NCBI RefSeq assembly: GCF_009914755.1
Contig: NC_060928.1
DNA: 64,000 nt
Origin: the human T2T-CHM13v2.0 reference genome, Homo sapiens
Reading direction: 5' to 3' (one strand)
The position numbers and the translations under genes are program-made. Shown one piece after another: positions 58,765 through 64,000 of this stretch (its first letter is position 1; every line of letters begins with the position of its first letter). A model generated the notes under the pieces. That model was not told the DNA's origin and ran no database searches. It worked only from the letters and a program-made list of their open reading frames with translations.

Positions 58765-59189
58765 AAGGAAGATGGAGTTTTTAGCAATGATTTCAAAAAC
58801 AATTTCAAGAGTGGCATAGTGATTCAATAACGTTTATTAGGCACATATTTTTCCAATCATTACTCTCATTCTGGTTATGACTGCTAATAGTATCTGTAAA
58901 CATGTAAATTCAGATTACATTGTCATAAATCTTCAGAGCATTAATTGGTCTCCTGCTGAGCCCTCAAATTTAGCACTGATGGGAAAGCATCACCCTGCAG
59001 TTTCCATCTTTTCTCCATTGCATGGTCCTCAATCAAAGCCACACAGTTAGCCTTCAGCAGTCAGTTCAGGTTTGTGTAAGAGAGCCTTCTACTCTTTTTA
59101 TATGGACTACATTCAGTGTTGTTAGTTACAGAGATTAGGCATCAAGAGACATGGATACATGGATTCTGGCTTGTTACCTCTGCAATAAA

Positions 59190-59470
59190 ACTTAGAATTT
59201 ATTTAGTTGAACATTTCATTTTACAGCAGATGAAAAGAAGGTATTGGAGGTGCCCATCTGAGGACCTCAGAAGAAACTCTCTTAACCTCCATCCAGTACT
59301 TTTCACTTCACCAGGCAGCTTCCATTCCCTCAACTCTTTTGGTGACTCTCCCTCCACCTGACATAGAACTGAAGACTCAGTTTCTTCATCTATGAAATGA
59401 AAATTATAAGATGAGTGTTTTGCAGAATTGCTGTAAAGAGAAAATATTCATAAATGTCTGTGAGGAGTAT
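59190..59470. mobile_element. Two MIR fragments (about 59190-59310 minus, 59370-59470 plus)
   Basis: tcattttacagcagatgaaaa and ctcagtttcttcatctatgaaatga. Confidence 0.55.
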
Positions 59471-59533
59471 AATGCACCACAGATTCAATATATTCATTTC
59501 ACCATCATGCAGAAAGGATCAGCCATGTTCAGT

Positions 59534-59534
<1 letters not shown>

Positions 59535-59569
<35 letters not shown>

Positions 59570-59573
59570 GCAG
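59535..59573 (+). repeat. (CAG)10 AAG (CAG)2 trinucleotide repeat
   Basis: Read directly from the sequence. Confidence 0.97.
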
Positions 59574-60101
59574 AGAACCTGTCAGAGCAGGCCTGTCAAG
59601 ATATCTCACATGTTCGTGTGGAGAACAGTTATTGCTAATGAATATGATTGGTTAGAATAGAATTGAGTTTATCTTGTATAACATGGTTATGAGTTGTCAT
59701 ATTTTAGAGATCTTTGCCCTACTTTTTTAAAATGTGGTATTGGAGTAAAGTATTCATCTGAGTAACATTAATATGGGATTGGGGGCTTCTCTGATGTTAT
59801 CACTTCTGTATTTGGCAGCATAAAGGACATGATGGGGTGGAGTGTTGGTCTGTCCACAAGTCTTGTGTGTTTGTCCTCTCTGCCATCCTGTGACCTGGAC
59901 CACATTGTTTAACTACTCTAATACTCTATTTCTTTTCATGTAAAATGTAGGCCACAGAATGATTATTTTTAAATTCCTTTCTAGTTCTATGGTACAGACA
60001 AATCTCAGTTATGGTAATCCTAAACAAAACAAATGTTTGTGGTGCTATATGGCATTTTCTGTGAAAATAGATTGTCTTTGAATTAAAGGTGCTAAAATTC
60101 T

Positions 60102-60180
60102 AAGTGAAAGAGTGGAAAGCCTTGAATTAGTGACAGTGGGCTTTCTCTGACAATAAAATGTTCTTGCCGAAAATTTACAA
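60102..60180 (+). repeat. About 79-bp local direct duplication, copy 1
   Basis: Matches 60748-60825 with 5 substitutions and 1 indel. Confidence 0.93.
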
Positions 60181-60644
60181 TACCTGCAGAATAAAAACAA
60201 CTGTTAAATCAAAATTGACTTAGTATGTTCAGAGACACTTGAATAAAACCTATTAACAGCCCAACCGAGTTTAATTAAATATCATGAGTAATAAAAGAGA
60301 GGTCCAGGGGTGATTGCTGAGAACACTTATGGATTATTCTGAATTTGAAAATTTGACTCTCGGTGAGTGAGGAGCTGGGTCCCAACTGCAAATGTGCTGA
60401 GTTGATTAAAGATGATGAATTTTCGTCAACAAGGTGACATAAATGTTGCATTGCAATTTTTTTTCCCCAGAATATCTGAGACAGCCTGACACTGCCTGGA
60501 GGAGCATAGAATAAGCTTCTATCCAGCACTTGCCATCCAGGGGGCCCTCCCTAGCCAGAGAAGTGAGTCAGCTGATCTAGACATCTCCATCTCAGTCTGG
60601 CTCCATGATACCCAATGAGGTAGAGCAGAGAGCACATTTGGCAT

Positions 60645-60750
60645 TAGGTAAACTTGGGGTTTTGAATTCTGTCTCTGGCTACTTAATAGCTATGTGAATT
60701 TGAGCAAGTCGCTTAACCCATCTGATCTTGTTTCTTCACCTTCAAAAAAG
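60645..60750 (+). mobile_element. MIR fragment
   Basis: ggttttgaattctgtctctggctacttaatagctatgtgaatttgagcaagtcgcttaacc. Confidence 0.75.
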
Positions 60751-60825
60751 TGAAGAGTGGAAAGCCTTAAATTAGTGACAGTGCGCTTTCTCTGACAATA
60801 AAACATTCTTGCTGAAAATTTACAA
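60748..60825 (+). repeat. About 78-bp local direct duplication, copy 2
   Basis: Matches 60102-60180. Confidence 0.93.
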
Positions 60826-61963
60826 ATAATATATGAGTAATATAAGAGCAATACCATCTTTACTAACAAAATCCAAAATGTTAAGATCAATTAATCCTTA
60901 AAAATGACTATGTTCCCTAGTATATGTCCTAACATTGCAACCACCTCTCCAAACTTCTGAAAGTAAATCAAACCTGTTAATATTTTATCTATCTATTCCT
61001 TTCACAAGGTTCCTTGGGCACAAACCACTAGCCATTCTTCCCCAACTGTTCATATACCTTTTGATCACCTTCTTAAGTCACTAAATGATCACCTTAGCTT
61101 CTTATTCATCCTTCTGTGTTGTTTCCTTCTGTCCTTTGTGGGAAGCCTCAGGGAAATGGTCCATGTAATGGGGCATTGCTCACATGCATAATGTTTCCTT
61201 CTTATGGGATCATAGAAGAATAATGGATTATGTTTGGCATTCTTAAACAGGATGGACCAAACCATCAGATATATTTCTGGAAGATAAGGTTTATATTGAG
61301 GGAAATTGAGCAGATCTACTAATTTCTTGGTTGATGGCCCTTTTGTTTAGGAAACCAATGAAAAAATGCTTGCTATGAAAAAATGTAAAGGAGCAATTTT
61401 CACTTTGGTATGCCAAAGAAAACAAAACAAAATTACAACTAGATTTCACTGTGGACTCACAAGTTCTGCCTGAGGGAGAGAAATGAAAAGCCCTAGAACA
61501 CCCTCTTACGTTTGTTACAACTGGTTTATCTCTGAAGATCTGGGCTGTGAGGTGAGGGCAACCATTCTCTAACTAAGGGAGTTCTGGGCCCAGGAAGAGT
61601 TAGCACCCCAAATTTCCCATTTAAGGAAGGGATGGTTGGGAAGCAGAGTGAGGATTATGAAAGCTGGTGAGACTCTTTAACTAGTTCTTATATCTTGGTG
61701 CCCTGAAATGTCAGTCTGAGTGTCATAATAAAGAATTTAAGTGTACCCAAAATACGGCTTCTAAAAAAATGCAGATTCAAGATTGTTACAATAAATTCTT
61801 GAAGACATGCTTTTTTTCATATTTTAATACACAGCAAACTTTTTGTTTTTACATTTCTGTCCACCGATGCAACTAAAATAGTTTCCTCTTACCAAGGAAG
61901 AACTTTCCTAGCTATTAAAACAAGAGTCCTTCTTTAAAATGATTTTACCCAGAAGTGTTTTGA

Positions 61964-62262
61964 GGCCAGGCTCTGTGGCTCACACCTGTAATTGGGAGAT
62001 TGAGGCAGGAAGATCCCTTCAGCCCAGAATTTTGAAACCAGCATGGGCAATTAAGTGAGACCCCCATCTCTACAAAAAATAAAATGCCTGTAGCTCCTGC
62101 TACTTGAGACGATGTATGGGAAGATCCCTTGAGCCCAGGAATTTGAGGCTGCAGTGAGTTATGATCATGCAACTGCACTCCAGCCTGAGCAACAGAGTAA
62201 GACTCCATCTCAAAAAAAAAAAAAAAAAAAAAAAAAAGGAAAGGAAAGAAAGGAAAAAAGAA
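61964..62262 (+). mobile_element. AluJo-like with small internal deletions
   Basis: cttgagcccaggaatttgaggctgcagtgagttatgatc. Flanked by tgttttga. Confidence 0.9.
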
Positions 62263-62431
62263 AAAAATGTTTTGAAAAGAAACACCCTTCATGAAATGGT
62301 AAGAAAATCAAAATCAATATTTATGACAACTTGCTTTTTCCTTTTTCCCTGTCTCCTTGATTATGAGCCACAAATTTATTGAAAATCCTGCTTGCTATGA
62401 TAGATAATCATTTTGAGTTATCTTTCAAAAG

Positions 62432-63065
62432 TCCAGCTCCATCCATGTGCGTGCAAAGGACATGGCTTCTTTCCTCTCTATGGCTCCATAGTATTCCATG
62501 GTGTATATGTACCACATATTTTTTGTATCCAGTTTATCTTTGACAGGCATTTGGGTTGATTTCATGTCTTTGATCTTGTGAATAGTGCTGCAATGAACAT
62601 ATGCATGCATGTGTTGTTATAATACAATAATTTATATTCCTTTGGGATATAATGGGATTGCTGGATCAAACGATATTTCTTCCTCTATGTCTTTGAGGAA
62701 TTGCCACACTGTCTTCCACAATGGTTGAACTAATTTACATTCCCACCAACAGTGTAAAAGCATTCCTGTTTCTCCACAGACTCATCAACATGTTTCTTGA
62801 CTTTTTAATAGAAAAACAAACACTGCATGTTCTCACTTATAAGTGGGAGCTGACCAATGAGAACACATGGACACAGGGAGGGAACAACACACACTGGGTC
62901 CTGTCAGAGGAGAGCAGGGGAAGGGAGAGCATCGGGATAAATAGCTAATGCATGCCGGGCTTAATAACTAGGAGATGGGCTGATGGGTGCAGCAAACCAT
63001 CATGGCACAAGTTTACCTATGTAACAAACCTGCACATGTATCCTTGAACTGAAAATAAAATAATT
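62432..63065 (+). mobile_element. 5'-inverted L1PA 3' end (62432-62810 inverted, 62811-63065 sense)
   Basis: Minus ORF has MWYIYTMEYYGAI...TWMEL. Plus part has gcatgttctcacttataagtgggagc through aaaataaaa. Confidence 0.88.
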
Positions 63066-63549
63066 TACTTTTTAAAACATTTTAAAAAATCTAGATTTAA
63101 AAAATACTATCACCAAATACCTAATCATATCTCTCTAAAATTAACTTTCCCTTGAATTAAAGGAGTGATATATTTTTGCCTACATAATTTGTTATGGATT
63201 CACGATAGTAACTGCTTGGTTTCCATTCTTAGCTGGACAATCGACCTTTTTCAATAACTCTTTCTCTTGTGTTTAGCCAGCTCACTGGCTGATTTCAATA
63301 AAAAGTTATTCTGAATTTTGTTGCTCTGTCCACAACAACACACATAAATAGCATTTTCACCCACTGTGATGCAAGACATGCAACAAGAGATGCAAGATGA
63401 GCCTCATCTCATCAATTCTCTGGACTTCCTCCAGCCTGCTAACTTCTGAACCATTATTACATGTCTTCCCCCAACACCTCTCTATTGAATCAGCACTGGT
63501 AAAAATCTTCAAGTCTTTTTTACTATGCAAAGACTGATTTCCAAAGTAC

Positions 63550-64000
63550 ATTCTTTATGAATGCTAAAATTTCTATCTTCATCTGAAAATGACATTCTTT
63601 TCCTTACTACTGATTTATGATTTGGCTGAATGTAGGATTACGGGTTGACAGCCATTTCCCCCCTAACTTTTGAATATATTATTTTATTTCTTCTGATTCC
63701 TATTGTTGCTGAACATATTATTTTATTTCTTCTGATTTCTATTGTTGCTGAAGATAAGTTTGTTATCAACCAAATTGCTGCTCCTTTCAAGGTAATCTTT
63801 TTTCTTTAACTGCTTTTAACTCTTGGTATTTGATATTCTGTGGTTTCATCATGATGCAATTCATTAGATATGTTTTTATTCTTTTTGGTGCTTATTGTGT
63901 TTCTTCAACCTGAGTACATGTGTTTTCTTTCATTCTGGAAAATCTTACAACCATTTTCTCTTCAATCATTGCCTCTATTCAATCTCACTCATTATCTTTT
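63550..64000 (-). mobile_element. Ancient L1M ORF1-region fragment
   Basis: tttggctgaatgtaggattacgggttgacag...tattgttgctgaagataagt...cattctggaaaat...ccatt. Confidence 0.6.

Noticed and set aside
59411-59660. PolyQ or polyA ORFs as a real gene
   Set aside because: Short, begin inside a MIR fragment and have no homology I recognise.

Overview
This is AT-rich primate genomic DNA, very probably human, because one Alu carries AluYb8/Yb9 diagnostic bases. It is dominated by transposon fossils and is either intergenic or deep intronic. I found no host protein-coding exon, RNA gene or CRISPR array, and nearly all ORF-track entries come from L1, Alu, ERV or low-complexity sequence. The main elements are a full-length but disabled L1PA4/L1PA3-type L1 (51196-57420, minus) with an open antisense ORF0 frame, an old internally deleted L1MA (23506-29625), a truncated MLT2/ERVL provirus (41290-45720), an LTR12 solo LTR interrupted by an AluY, three 5'-inverted L1 insertions, twelve Alus (one more survives only as a 3' fragment), several MaLR LTRs, DNA transposons, MIR/L2 pieces and microsatellites. 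I see no evidence for a new gene system. The most unusual signal is a set of repair-like scars: three snap-back or palindromic templated insertions (42489, 50885, 51957) and three short non-tandem local duplications of apparently unique DNA (20581/22205, 29985/33507, 60102/60748). Subfamily names come from recalled consensus sequences, not from a RepeatMasker run, and boundaries of old elements are approximate.
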